IMG/VR virus record: IMGVR_UViG_3300045988_123515
Span: 15,468-79,467 of that record
Reading direction: 5' to 3' (one strand)
DNA from: a virus
Length of the DNA stretch: 64,000 bases
The notes under the pieces are model-generated. The model was not told the origin of the DNA and made no database searches. It saw only the letters and a program-made list of their open reading frames with translations. Below are positions 1-9,139 of this stretch, in pieces; the first letter of the stretch is position 1; each line of letters begins with the position of its first letter. Position numbers and translations under genes: made by a program.

Positions 1-957
1 ATTCTGACTGCACAAAAGTTAGGATATCCAGTTTACAACTTTAAGAGAATCGTTCGCAGCATGAGAAAACAGATAGGTGTTGTCGAAAGTCTTATGTCTG
101 CCGGTAAGTGGAACGAGATTAAATATCCAGAAGTTCCAAGCCGTGCAATGATGATTTATCGTAGAGCCTTTGCAAAGCATGATTCAGATGGATTCAGCGA
201 ATTTATCAATAAAGCTGATAAAGGAGAAGTTAAAATCAATGCTTCAACCTTGTATCCATACGACATCGTAGAAAAAATCCTTTATGGAAGAGAAAATAAC
301 AAAGTTCTTGAAGCACAGTGGAAAGCATTTCCAGATTATGTTGAGCAGAGAACAAATGCACTGATAATGGCTGATGTATCTGGTTCAATGTCTTGGAATG
401 GTGGCAGACCGCTAGCCACTGCAATAGGATTGGCGATTTACTTTGCAGAAAGAAATGTTGGAGCATATCATAATCTGTTTATGACATTCTCTAGCAAGCC
501 ACAGATCGTCGCATTAAAGGGCGAAACGCTTCACCAGAAAATAATCAATGTTGCAAAAGCAAATTGGGGTGGTAGCACAAACCTTAAAGCTGCATTTGAG
601 AAAGTACTTGATATTGCTGAAGAGAACAACGTTTCACAAGAAGAGATGCCGAAAGCTATAGTTATTATCTCTGATATGGAAATTGATTACTGCGGGAATA
701 AGGACTGGACTTTCTATGACAAAATGGCAAACAAATTCCAAAAAGCTGGATACATCATTCCGAATGTTATCTTCTGGAATGTCAACAGCAGACATGATGT
801 GTTCCATGCAGATGCTACAAGAAAAGGTGTGCAGCTTGCAAGCGGTCAGTCGGTAACAGTATTCAAACAGGTATTACAGAACCTTGGATACAATCCGATT
901 GAGGCTATGGAAAACACAATCAATTCAGAGAGATACGATTGTATCACTGTTGAATGA
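1..957 (+). CDS. vWA-domain protein (DUF2828/UCP015417-like), 5' end lies outside the window
   Basis: The frame is open from nt 1 to the stop at 955-957. It has a MIDAS-like DVSGSMS motif and a later IVIISDME strand, as in von Willebrand A folds. Confidence 0.7.
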   Translation: MLTAQKLGYPVYNFKRIVRSMRKQIGVVESLMSAGKWNEIKYPEVPSRAMMIYRRAFAKHDSDGFSEFINKADKGEVKINASTLYPYDIVEKILYGRENNKVLEAQWKAFPDYVEQRTNALIMADVSGSMSWNGGRPLATAIGLAIYFAERNVGAYHNLFMTFSSKPQIVALKGETLHQKIINVAKANWGGSTNLKAAFEKVLDIAEENNVSQEEMPKAIVIISDMEIDYCGNKDWTFYDKMANKFQKAGYIIPNVIFWNVNSRHDVFHADATRKGVQLASGQSVTVFKQVLQNLGYNPIEAMENTINSERYDCITVE

Positions 958-1008
958 AATATAAGGTGAAAATCAACTCAGTTTTTTAACTGGCCGTGAC
1001 AAGCGGTA

Positions 1009-1077
1009 CGGAATGTAGCTCAGGTGGGAGAGCGCACTACAAAAGTGAGGTCGCAAGTTCGAATCTTGCCTTTCCGA
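1009..1077 (+). tRNA. tRNA-like element with a truncated 3-bp anticodon stem (non-canonical, possibly not a decoding tRNA)
   Basis: Acceptor CGGAATG/CTTTCCG has 1 mismatch. The D arm is GCTC-AGGTGGGA-GAGC and the T arm is GCAAG-TTCGAAT-CTTGC. Only 19 nt lie between the D and T arms: a CAC/GTG stem, loop TACAAAA with A at position 33, then AGGTC. No CCA is encoded. Confidence 0.5.
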
Positions 1078-1140
1078 TTCCGGTGAATTGCTAGCACTGG
1101 ACAAGTTTCATTTTGAAACTCCTTACGTCTATTTAATGGT

Positions 1141-1193
1141 TTCCAGTATTCCACGTTGGGTGGCTAGTTACGGTTCAAGTCCGTGTACTGGAA
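1141..1193 (+). ncRNA. 53-nt tRNA-like minihelix lacking an anticodon arm
   Basis: It has an 8-bp stem TTCCAGTA/TACTGGAA, a D-like arm CCAC-GTTGG-GTGG and a T arm ACGG-TTCAAGT-CCGT. Only CTAGTT stands where the anticodon arm should be. TTTTT follows. Confidence 0.45.
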
Positions 1194-1215
1194 TTTTTGC
1201 TTAATGAGGTGACTT

Positions 1216-1377
1216 ATGGAAGAAAAAGATTATTGTTGTACATGTAAATGGTACGCAACATACGAAGGTGTCTGCTGTAATGGTGAAAGCAAACATCGTG
1301 CAGATTTCAGATGCTTGGATGATAGTTGCGAATGTTGGGAAGAAATTGAAGATGAAGATAATGGGGAAAGAAATTAA
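1216..1377 (+). CDS. small Cys-rich protein (53 aa, 9 Cys)
   Basis: A GAGGTG RBS lies 5 nt before the ATG. Hand translation gives MEEKDYCCTCKWYATYEGVCCNGESKHRADFRCLDDSCECWEE... It is below the 60-aa cutoff of the ORF track. Confidence 0.5.
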   Translation: MEEKDYCCTCKWYATYEGVCCNGESKHRADFRCLDDSCECWEEIEDEDNGERN

Positions 1378-1516
1378 CGATGAATGTTCCAAATGCGGGA
1401 ATATCCTTGAATGCGAATTATTCCGACAAGGACATGGAATAAAGCAGGAACGTGAGAATGTAGCAAAGATGATCGAGTGCCAGATGAAGCACAGGGAGGA
1501 AAGAGAAAATGAATAA
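1361..1516 (+). CDS. small CxxC protein (51 aa)
   Basis: Internal ATG of ORF 1268..1516 that overlaps the end of the previous gene. Sequence MGKEINDECSKCGN... Confidence 0.35.
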   Translation: MGKEINDECSKCGNILECELFRQGHGIKQERENVAKMIECQMKHREERENE

Positions 1517-2216
1517 ACCGGAAGTTTTTAAAAATGCAGAATTAGGTTCTGTACGTGTAGTGATGGTTGAGGAAGTGCCATATTTCGTTGGAAAAGACGT
1601 TGCAGAAATATTGGGATATAAAGATACATCAGATGCAATAAAGAGACATGTGGATGATGAAGATAAGCTGACAAGGCGTTTCACCGACTCAGGTCAAAGC
1701 CGTGAAATGTACATCGTTAATGAATCTGGTCTTTACAGCCTTATTCTTTCGAGCAAGCTTCCGTCCGCTAAACATTTTAAAAAGTGGGTAACATCGGAAG
1801 TGTTACCGTCAATCCGCAAACACGGCATATATGCCACTGATAACGTGATTGATAACATTCTGAACAATCCAGACTTCGGCATCGAGCTTCTGACTAAACT
1901 AAAAGAAGAACGTGCTGCAAGAGTAGAATCCGAAAGGAGGAATGCTATTCTGATGCACGTAAACAAAACTTATACCATTACCGAGATTGCAAAGGAACTG
2001 GGACTGAAATCAGCGATGCAGCTCAACCGGATTCTGGCAGAGAAAAAGATACAGTATCAGGTGAACGGTACGTGGTTGATGTACTCCAATTACAGTGACT
2101 GCGGATATGAAGAAATCAAACAGGAAGTGTTGGATTCAGGAAAGGTAATCTACCATAGACGGATTACACAAATGGGACGGGAGTTCATTCTTGGATTATT
2201 TGAGAAGACGGATTGA
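1509..2216 (+). CDS. phage antirepressor, BRO-N plus KilAC/ANT domains
   Basis: The N-terminus FKNAELGSVRVV..PYFVGKDVAEILGY fits the BRO-N pattern. The C-terminus ITEIAKELGLKS..LNRIL..GTWLMY fits the KilAC pattern. Confidence 0.8.
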   Translation: MNKPEVFKNAELGSVRVVMVEEVPYFVGKDVAEILGYKDTSDAIKRHVDDEDKLTRRFTDSGQSREMYIVNESGLYSLILSSKLPSAKHFKKWVTSEVLPSIRKHGIYATDNVIDNILNNPDFGIELLTKLKEERAARVESERRNAILMHVNKTYTITEIAKELGLKSAMQLNRILAEKKIQYQVNGTWLMYSNYSDCGYEEIKQEVLDSGKVIYHRRITQMGREFILGLFEKTD

Positions 2217-2235
2217 GTGTGAATGGAGGATTGTT

Positions 2236-2577
2236 ATGAGAATTGAAGATTTGAAGAGTTGGACAGTAGATCAGTTGAAAGAAGAGGTTGTTCGATTGGC
2301 TGATGAGAGCGAAGCAAAGCAACATGAAATTCTGAACAAAAATAAGAAAATCAATGAGCTTCAGGCTAAACTGGATAATATGTGTGCTTATAATAACGAG
2401 TTAAAAAGACAGGCGGACGAAAAGACAGATACACCATTTTACGACGAATCTATAGAAATCGCAAAATATCACAGACAGCATCAGTCCGATTGCATCACAA
2501 TCAATCAGCTTCAGACTGCATTGGACGTAATAGTTGACCGATATGCAAATCTAAGAAAGATTCATGGGGTGAGCTGA
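2236..2577 (+). CDS. hypothetical coiled-coil protein
   Basis: A GGAGG RBS precedes the internal ATG of ORF 2191..2577. Confidence 0.5.
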   Translation: MRIEDLKSWTVDQLKEEVVRLADESEAKQHEILNKNKKINELQAKLDNMCAYNNELKRQADEKTDTPFYDESIEIAKYHRQHQSDCITINQLQTALDVIVDRYANLRKIHGVS

Positions 2578-2578
2578 T

Positions 2579-2884
2579 ATGGGCGAGAAAGACAAATCAA
2601 AGCTTTTCTTTATAGGCGATAAAGAGGTAGAAATTTCTGGAATACCAGAATTTCCGGGAGATTTGATTGAGTGTTCACTACGATCTGTTGAAAAAGAAGA
2701 TAATTTGCTTTTATGCGACGGAAAAGCAGTCAAACTTGAAATGAAACATGCATTATCAAACAAAATATTGTATTCGTTAATTTTCCCAAATCGAATAAAT
2801 CAGAATAATTTTCGCAGAATGCATGGAATCCCTATGATACGTAGAGTTGCAGGACGAAAAGGAGTGAGAAAAAAGGAGCATTAA
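2579..2884 (+). CDS. hypothetical protein
   Basis: ORF packed tightly against its neighbour (ATG 2 nt after the previous stop). Confidence 0.5.
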   Translation: MGEKDKSKLFFIGDKEVEISGIPEFPGDLIECSLRSVEKEDNLLLCDGKAVKLEMKHALSNKILYSLIFPNRINQNNFRRMHGIPMIRRVAGRKGVRKKEH

Positions 2885-2924
2885 ATCAGCATTTGAATCC
2901 GAAGGAATAAATTTTTCTGAATAC

Positions 2925-3107
2925 ATGAACCCACCTGAGCTGTGGGACGGACGGGCATTAATAAAGAACATCAATGGCAAACTGTGGTATTGTTGCCCTT
3001 TTTGCGAGAAGAAAGCACTTCTGATTAGCCAAGAGACAAAAATTCGGCATCTTAAATTGAAATGCAAGGGTAGCAACTGCAAGAAAGAGTTTGAGGTGAA
3101 TGTATGA
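2925..3107 (+). CDS. small zinc-ribbon protein (Com-like?)
   Basis: Paired Cys motifs CCPFC and CKGSNC in a 60-aa protein. Confidence 0.4.
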   Translation: MNPPELWDGRALIKNINGKLWYCCPFCEKKALLISQETKIRHLKLKCKGSNCKKEFEVNV

Positions 3108-3126
3108 AACTTGGAGGAAGTATTAA

Positions 3127-3762
3127 ATGCAGAGTATTAGGCTAATTGATAGAGATACAGACATTTCCAAATTAAAAATGCGTCAAATGGACTGGGACAC
3201 AGTAATTAATAGGAAACCGTATTTTGTCGTTTTAATAGAAGGTTATATACATACAATCGGTGGAAAATACGGAAATAACAATTTATGGGCTTATCCAAGA
3301 AATGAAAAACCAAGTTGTGAGAATCTTGTTCAATTCAATGGAGAGCCTGTATGTTGGGGCATAAATTATGCGCCTTACAATCATGCAAGATACAGACACG
3401 ATGAATTTGAAGCAATAACAATTGGAAACGTGTTTATAACCAGAAACGGTGAAAAATTCTGTGATGTAAGAGGCAGTATTGAACGTGCGAAGTGCATGAT
3501 TAATGATTTTTTAGATCACCCAATGAATTTGAATGAAATTGATTTTGATAAAAATGTTATCGGAAGAAAAGTTTGGTGGCGTAGCGAACCAGCCGTTGTA
3601 ACAAGATATATTTCTGGACAGGCGTGTGTCATATTGGAACCAGATGGAATACCACAATTTACAACACCGGCAGAATTTGCAGGTGATGGGTGTGAATATT
3701 ATGTTGATGGTGATGTAAAAGCAGATATTCTTGATAAACATATTTGGTGGTTTAGAAAATAA
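3127..3762 (+). CDS. hypothetical protein
   Basis: 211-aa ORF in the + strand gene array, with no recognisable motif. Confidence 0.55.
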   Translation: MQSIRLIDRDTDISKLKMRQMDWDTVINRKPYFVVLIEGYIHTIGGKYGNNNLWAYPRNEKPSCENLVQFNGEPVCWGINYAPYNHARYRHDEFEAITIGNVFITRNGEKFCDVRGSIERAKCMINDFLDHPMNLNEIDFDKNVIGRKVWWRSEPAVVTRYISGQACVILEPDGIPQFTTPAEFAGDGCEYYVDGDVKADILDKHIWWFRK

Positions 3763-3786
3763 TGTAAATTTATTCGAGGTGAATGT

Positions 3787-4065
3787 ATGATATGGAACGA
3801 AGAAATATCCTTTGATGGCTTTCAAAAGAAGATTGATGAGTGGTACAAGGATAAAGACTTTGAGCTGTGCGACCCACCTATCAGTGCTCAGTTTGCTTTA
3901 GACTTAATTTTCAAGACATTAGTAGATGATAGAGAAGATTATCCGTATCTCACAACTATGTCAGAAAACACAGAACAAACAAATAGCATCATGCTTGATT
4001 TGATTCTTCGGAAATACAGTCGTAAATATAGAAAATACTTGAAATTAAAAAAGAAAAATAAATAA
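3787..4065 (+). CDS. hypothetical protein
   Basis: 92-aa ORF with a GAGGTG RBS. Confidence 0.5.
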   Translation: MIWNEEISFDGFQKKIDEWYKDKDFELCDPPISAQFALDLIFKTLVDDREDYPYLTTMSENTEQTNSIMLDLILRKYSRKYRKYLKLKKKNK

Positions 4066-4086
4066 ACCAGTCAAAGAGCCACATGA

Positions 4087-4130
4087 GAGCCAGACTAAAT
4101 CCTAAAAGAAAGGAGGTCTGGCTCTATTTT
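4087..4130 (+). terminator. hairpin plus T-run immediately upstream of terL, enclosing the terL Shine-Dalgarno
   Basis: GAGCCAGAC (4087-4095) pairs with GTCTGGCTC (4116-4124). AGGAGG (4111-4116) lies at the loop/stem edge. TATTTTT then leads to the ATG at 4132. Confidence 0.55.
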
Positions 4131-4131
4131 T

Positions 4132-5820
4132 ATGCAAAAATTCACAGAAGGTTCGCTTGAATGGTATCGGGCAGTCTTAAATCAAATCATCAGTGGTGAT
4201 ATGACAATCTTACAGAATCAGAAGGATTGCCTTGATTTACTTCTGAATATGAATATTGACCTTCCTTTTAAGGAAAACCTGGATGCACGGAACATGGCAA
4301 TGAAAGTAAGCAAGTATGCTCATAATACAGCCGCAAGGCAAGCTGCATTGACGGGAAGTGGCAATTTTGACGATATTTACTGGCAGTATTTATTGATGGA
4401 AGCACCATGGCTGTTCGAGAGTTATCTGTACTACATGGAAAAGAACAGACAGCCACGCAGAAAATTCTATGAGCCGAGAAAAAAGACGTTGAAAGTTCTC
4501 GTGCAGGACTTGCAGGACTTAGAAGACAGGAAGATTGAATTTCTGGGTGTATCAATGCCACCCCGAACGGCTAAATCCACTACATGTATTTTCTTCTTGT
4601 CCTGGATAATGGGAAAAAGACCAAACAGCCATAACGCTATGAGTGGGCATAGTGGAATCCTTGCCGATGGTTTCTATGGGGAAATCCAGAATCTGATTTC
4701 AACACCAGAATATACATTTAGTGAAATTTTTCCAACATCAACATTGGAAAGAAAGTCAGCGGATAAAAAAGAAATCAACTTAGGAGCACCAGACCGATTT
4801 TCAACTCTTACTTGCCGTGGTATTGATGGAACATGGACAGGTTCCGTAGATATATCTTCGGACGGATATCTTTATGTCGATGACCTTGTTCGCGACAGAA
4901 CCGAATCTTTAAGCCCTACTCGATTGGAAAACCGGTATCAGGATTATCTGAACGTTCTGGTTGACCGTAAAAATGACGGTTCAAGAGAATTGATGGTTGG
5001 TACTCGATGGAACGTTATGGATCCTCTTGGGAGAGTAGAAACAGAGAATCAAAGCAATCCATTATACCGATTTAGAAAGATTCCAGCATTGAACGAAGAT
5101 GGAGAATCTAATTTTGATTACGATTACGGAGTTGGCTTTTCTACAAAGTATTACGTAGATATGAAAGCCAGACTGGATTCAAATGAATGGCAAGCTAAAT
5201 ATCAGCAGAATCCGTTTATCCGTGAAGGGCTTCTGTTTCCAACTGATGAACTTAGATTATACAATGGTGTTCTTCCTGATGGAGATAGCAGAGTAGTTAC
5301 CGCTTGCGACGTTGCATGGGGTGGTGGAGATAGTCTTTCAATGCCTATTGGGCGAGAATACGAAAATGGAGATGTTTATATTTTTGATTGGGTATTCAAT
5401 AAAGGCACAAAAGAAACAACACTTCCAATAGTTGCCGGAAAAATCATGGGAAATGAAATACGGCAGATTAACTTTGAGGCCAATAATGGTGGAGATATGT
5501 ACAAGATGTACATTGATGAGAAATTAAAGGAACAGAAGTATAAATGTAGTTGCACTTCAAGCAGAGCACCTGGGAATATGGAAAAAATGTCAAAGATTAT
5601 CGCATATTCAGATGATATAAAAAGAAACTTTATTTTTTTGGATGCTGAGCATCGGAGCAAAGAGTATCAAGCAGCAATGGATGAACTTACCTTCTTTGTC
5701 CAACTCGGAAAGAACACTCATGACGACTCCCCAGACTCGCTCACTCAGCTTCAAATGTTTATTGAAAAAGGAAATGGATCAGTTGTAAAAGCAGTTCAAA
5801 ATCCTTTGTGGAGAAGATAA
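4132..5820 (+). CDS. terL: terminase large subunit
   Basis: Walker A-like PPRTAKST, Walker B-like YLYVDDLV and a GTRW coupling motif. The C-terminal acidic nuclease region (ACDVAWGGGDS) and the 562-aa size also fit. Confidence 0.9.
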   Translation: MQKFTEGSLEWYRAVLNQIISGDMTILQNQKDCLDLLLNMNIDLPFKENLDARNMAMKVSKYAHNTAARQAALTGSGNFDDIYWQYLLMEAPWLFESYLYYMEKNRQPRRKFYEPRKKTLKVLVQDLQDLEDRKIEFLGVSMPPRTAKSTTCIFFLSWIMGKRPNSHNAMSGHSGILADGFYGEIQNLISTPEYTFSEIFPTSTLERKSADKKEINLGAPDRFSTLTCRGIDGTWTGSVDISSDGYLYVDDLVRDRTESLSPTRLENRYQDYLNVLVDRKNDGSRELMVGTRWNVMDPLGRVETENQSNPLYRFRKIPALNEDGESNFDYDYGVGFSTKYYVDMKARLDSNEWQAKYQQNPFIREGLLFPTDELRLYNGVLPDGDSRVVTACDVAWGGGDSLSMPIGREYENGDVYIFDWVFNKGTKETTLPIVAGKIMGNEIRQINFEANNGGDMYKMYIDEKLKEQKYKCSCTSSRAPGNMEKMSKIIAYSDDIKRNFIFLDAEHRSKEYQAAMDELTFFVQLGKNTHDDSPDSLTQLQMFIEKGNGSVVKAVQNPLWRR

Positions 5821-5822
5821 TT

Positions 5823-6392
5823 ATGGTAAATACATTGAACAAGCCAGAAGAAGTCGAGTTTAACGGAAAAACATATCGACTTATGGGAGCAAGAAAATAC
5901 TATCTTTCTTCGTCTACTAAAAACGAAGAACGCAGACATGCAAAAGGACTTCATGTAGCCATATGGGAATTTTATCATAATCAAAAAGTGCCAACAGAAT
6001 GCTGCATCCATCACAAAGACGGAAATCCTTTTAATAATGATATTAATAACTTGGAATGCGTGAATAAGTCTGAGCATTTTTCTAAACATTCTTTAAATAA
6101 TTGGAAAAACCCAGAGTTCCGAAAACTTGGCGTAATAAGCCTAAATAATATACGCAATAAAGCGTCTGAATGGCATAAATCGCCAGAAGGATTGAAATGG
6201 CATCAGAAAAATAAAGAAAATTATTCTAAGCCAGTTGATATGTTTGACACAAACGGAAATAAATTGAATTCTTTTGCAAGCTTGACTGATGCGTCAAGAG
6301 AAACAGGAATATCATATTCCGGAATTGCTAAATGTGCAAAAGGTGACCTGAAAACATCTGGTGGATTTGTTTGGAAATATAGTAAAAATTGA
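5823..6392 (+). CDS. HNH homing endonuclease with a C-terminal NUMOD/IENR-like DNA-binding motif
   Basis: HHKDGNPFNNDINNLECVNKSEH is an HNH motif. The C-terminus FASLTDASRETGISYSGIAKC...GGFVWKY is typical of free-standing phage HNH enzymes. Confidence 0.8.
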   Translation: MVNTLNKPEEVEFNGKTYRLMGARKYYLSSSTKNEERRHAKGLHVAIWEFYHNQKVPTECCIHHKDGNPFNNDINNLECVNKSEHFSKHSLNNWKNPEFRKLGVISLNNIRNKASEWHKSPEGLKWHQKNKENYSKPVDMFDTNGNKLNSFASLTDASRETGISYSGIAKCAKGDLKTSGGFVWKYSKN

Positions 6393-6415
6393 TTCTTTGG
6401 GGAAGGAGATAAGAT

Positions 6416-6835
6416 ATGACAACTCGTCAATATTTAAGCCAGATTGAAAAATATGACAATTTGATTCACAACAAAATAATTGAAGAAGAACAACTTAATA
6501 TCTTATCCATGAGTGTAAAATCCGTCCCGATTGGAGAAAAAGTGCAGACTTCTTCAAAACAAGACCCAATGGGAGATATGGTTGCAAAGATTATTGATTT
6601 ACGAGAAGAGATTTCAAAAATGGCAACAGATTTCTTGGAGCAAAAGCAAGAAATTATCAGAACGATAGAAACGGTAGAAGACCCGATTTTGTACGATGTT
6701 CTTTTCAAACGTTATGTGGAATACAAAACGCTTCTCAATATCGCAGATGAACTTGGATATTCCGAAGTGACTATCAAACGATTACATCTAAAGGCGGTAA
6801 AAGCAATAAAAAACATAAAAGGTTTTGAAAGTTGA
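6416..6835 (+). CDS. sigma-70 region-4-like late regulator (RinA/ArpU/DUF1492-type)
   Basis: C-terminal HTH LLNIADELGYSEVTIKRLHLKAVKAIKNI. Its stop codon overlaps the first GATAC repeat of module A. Confidence 0.5.
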   Translation: MTTRQYLSQIEKYDNLIHNKIIEEEQLNILSMSVKSVPIGEKVQTSSKQDPMGDMVAKIIDLREEISKMATDFLEQKQEIIRTIETVEDPILYDVLFKRYVEYKTLLNIADELGYSEVTIKRLHLKAVKAIKNIKGFES

Positions 6836-6876
6836 TACCTTTTGATACTGAATGATACTTACCAAATATGTATAAT
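6832..6876 (+). promoter_or_regulatory. GATAC-repeat module A: three GATAC at 10-bp phasing plus a -10 box
   Basis: GATAC at 6834, 6844 and 6854, with TATAAT at 6871-6876, 12 nt after the third repeat. The core is near-identical to modules B and C. Confidence 0.6.
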
Positions 6877-6883
6877 GTAAAGT

Positions 6884-6917
6884 AAAGCATTGGGCACAAA
6901 AACCTGATGCTTTTTTT
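6884..6917 (+). terminator. intrinsic-terminator-like hairpin directly after the module A -10 box
   Basis: AAAGCAT (6884-6890) pairs with ATGCTTT (6907-6913), followed by a T7 run. Confidence 0.6.
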
Positions 6918-6944
6918 ATTTAATGAAAGGAGTGTGTAGGTTTA

Positions 6945-8381
6945 TTGGCGAATAAAAGTAATTTCATAAATTTATGCCGTGGGGATTTTGGCAGGAAGAT
7001 AGCCTACACAGGCATTGAGCAAATTACTTCCGACAATGTGGTAAAAGTCGTTTCAGATACTATTGGTACACACAACAGAAACCGAACCATGATTGATTAT
7101 CTGTACAGGTACTACAAGGGCGATCAGCCTATCTTGTATCGTGAAAAGCTAGTACGTCCGGAAGTCAATAATAAGGTTTCTGAAAATCATGCACTTGAAA
7201 CAGTCAAATTCAAGGCAGGACAGATATATGGCGAACCAATTCAGTTTGTCTGTAAAAAGAAGAATACAAATGCAGAAACTAATGAACAAGTTGATTTGTT
7301 GAATGATTATCTGGATGAAGCCAATGCAGATGCCAGAAACATCCAGCTTGGAATTTACCAAAGTGCAATAGGAACTGCTTATAAAGCCATACTCAGAGAA
7401 GACGATTGGACGGAAGACAGCGATATGCCCCCATTCAGAATTTTTATTCCATATCCGGGCGATTGCTACATTGTGTATTCCAGAAAAAATGGTAAAGCAA
7501 TGCTATCCGTACAAGTCCTCAAAGACGAAAACGAAGAGCAATATTACTTATGCTATTCCAAGAATCAGTTTTATGAAATACAGAATGGAAAAGTAAAAAG
7601 GGTTGGAATTAATGGTTTTGGTGGAATTCCAATCATCGAATATCCGAACAACCATGACAGGCTATCTGATATTGAAATTGCAATCACATTGTTTGATGCA
7701 ATTAACAAGTATCAGTCTGATAGGCTGAATGGTGTTGAGCAATTTGTACAGGCATTCATGAAATTCAAGAACTGCGAGATAGATGAGAATGAATTTCTCA
7801 AGATGGTAAAACTTGGCGCTATTTCCGTGAAAGATACTGGAAGTGGTTGCCAGTCAGATGTTGAATTAATGACTGCCGAGTTGAATCAGTCTGAAAGCCA
7901 GGTTGCCAAAGATGATATATACAACAATATGCTGATTGTCGAAGCAATGCCAAATAGGCAGAGTAACACAGGAGGCGATACTGGAAACGCAGTGTATCTC
8001 AGGAATGGATGGGATTTTGCTGAACGTGATGCAAAGCTGGTAGAAGCATTTACCAAAGAAGCCGAGAAAGCATCAGTTAGGATTATTCTTAATATCATCC
8101 GCAAAACTACCAAAGATATTAAAATAACCACAAGAGACTTTGATGTAAAAATTACCAGAAACCCAACAGACAACATGCTCGTGAAAGCACAGGCGCTGGA
8201 TTATCTGGTTAAAAACAAAATACATCCACTCATTGCATTGATTACTTGCGGATTATTTAGTGATCCGCAGAAAGTATATGAAATGAGTTTCCCATACATG
8301 CAGTCTTTGTATGAGAATCCAGAAGAGGAAGTGCAGAAAGCACAAGCTCTACTTTCCGGTAAGGATGTGAAAGAAGAATGA
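6945..8381 (+). CDS. portal protein (SPP1 gp6-like)
   Basis: 478 aa, positioned after terL and before a MuF-like gene. TTG start. Confidence 0.8.
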   Translation: MANKSNFINLCRGDFGRKIAYTGIEQITSDNVVKVVSDTIGTHNRNRTMIDYLYRYYKGDQPILYREKLVRPEVNNKVSENHALETVKFKAGQIYGEPIQFVCKKKNTNAETNEQVDLLNDYLDEANADARNIQLGIYQSAIGTAYKAILREDDWTEDSDMPPFRIFIPYPGDCYIVYSRKNGKAMLSVQVLKDENEEQYYLCYSKNQFYEIQNGKVKRVGINGFGGIPIIEYPNNHDRLSDIEIAITLFDAINKYQSDRLNGVEQFVQAFMKFKNCEIDENEFLKMVKLGAISVKDTGSGCQSDVELMTAELNQSESQVAKDDIYNNMLIVEAMPNRQSNTGGDTGNAVYLRNGWDFAERDAKLVEAFTKEAEKASVRIILNIIRKTTKDIKITTRDFDVKITRNPTDNMLVKAQALDYLVKNKIHPLIALITCGLFSDPQKVYEMSFPYMQSLYENPEEEVQKAQALLSGKDVKEE

Positions 8382-9013
8382 GTGCAATAACTAACTTTGA
8401 TGAAATAAATGCACTTGATCAATCCAGACGGAGTGAGCCATACGAAGAGTATTTTGACAAGATGTCTATTTCTGATAAGCAAAAGAAATTAAGGATAACT
8501 TTTTCTGAACGAATGGAAGAAGTTATCCTTTATGTTTTGTCACTCATAGACACGATGGTTGAAAATGAAGAGGTTGACCAAGAATATATAGAGAACAGCT
8601 TGTACGATGAGTATATCGCAATAGTGGCTGTGTATTTCACAGTTGATAGCTACATATCGGGTTATGTTAGGCAGTTCTCACATGATGTTGTCCAATCAAC
8701 ATTCGATCACATTAAAGAAGAATATTATCTTTCCAGAGACAGAGCAATGTTTATTTCCGAATGCGAAGCCAATACTTCCTTAAATTACAAGGAATATACG
8801 GACGCAATCAAAGCAGGAAAAACGCATAAAACATGGAAAGACATTGGAGACAGAAGGGAGCGCAGAACACACCTTGAAGTTGGTGGGACAACGATTCCTA
8901 TAAGAGAGTTATTTGTGGTAGGAAACAGTTTAATGCTCTTTCCAAAAGACAATTCCCACAATCCAAGCGCAAAAGAGGTCGTGAACTGCCGATGCTCAAT
9001 TCAATACAGCTAA
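8378..9013 (+). CDS. head morphogenesis protein (SPP1 gp7 / Mu F-like)
   Basis: The C-terminal pattern RTHLEVGG...FPKD...NCRCS is characteristic of the Mu F domain. It follows the portal gene. Confidence 0.75.
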   Translation: MSAITNFDEINALDQSRRSEPYEEYFDKMSISDKQKKLRITFSERMEEVILYVLSLIDTMVENEEVDQEYIENSLYDEYIAIVAVYFTVDSYISGYVRQFSHDVVQSTFDHIKEEYYLSRDRAMFISECEANTSLNYKEYTDAIKAGKTHKTWKDIGDRRERRTHLEVGGTTIPIRELFVVGNSLMLFPKDNSHNPSAKEVVNCRCSIQYS

Positions 9014-9015
9014 TC

Positions 9016-9040
9016 AGAGACGAGAAATCGTCTCTTTTTT
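9016..9040 (+). terminator. rho-independent terminator
   Basis: AGAGACGA-gaaa-TCGTCTCT followed by TTTTT. Confidence 0.85.
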
Positions 9041-9139
9041 AATACATAAAAATAAAATGCATCCCGATAGCGTAATCATGGGAGACACCTTGTGCTGAGC
9101 GAACAGCGTTAAAAAGCGTACTGGTGATAGGAGATTTCA

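Noticed and set aside
1141-1200. Second tRNA-like element as a plain rho-independent terminator of the vWA operon
   Set aside because: This is not fully excluded because the stem is followed by TTTTT. However, the internal GGTTCAAGTCC T-loop and the CCAC/GTGG D-like arm are too tRNA-like to arise by chance, so it is kept as an ncRNA candidate.
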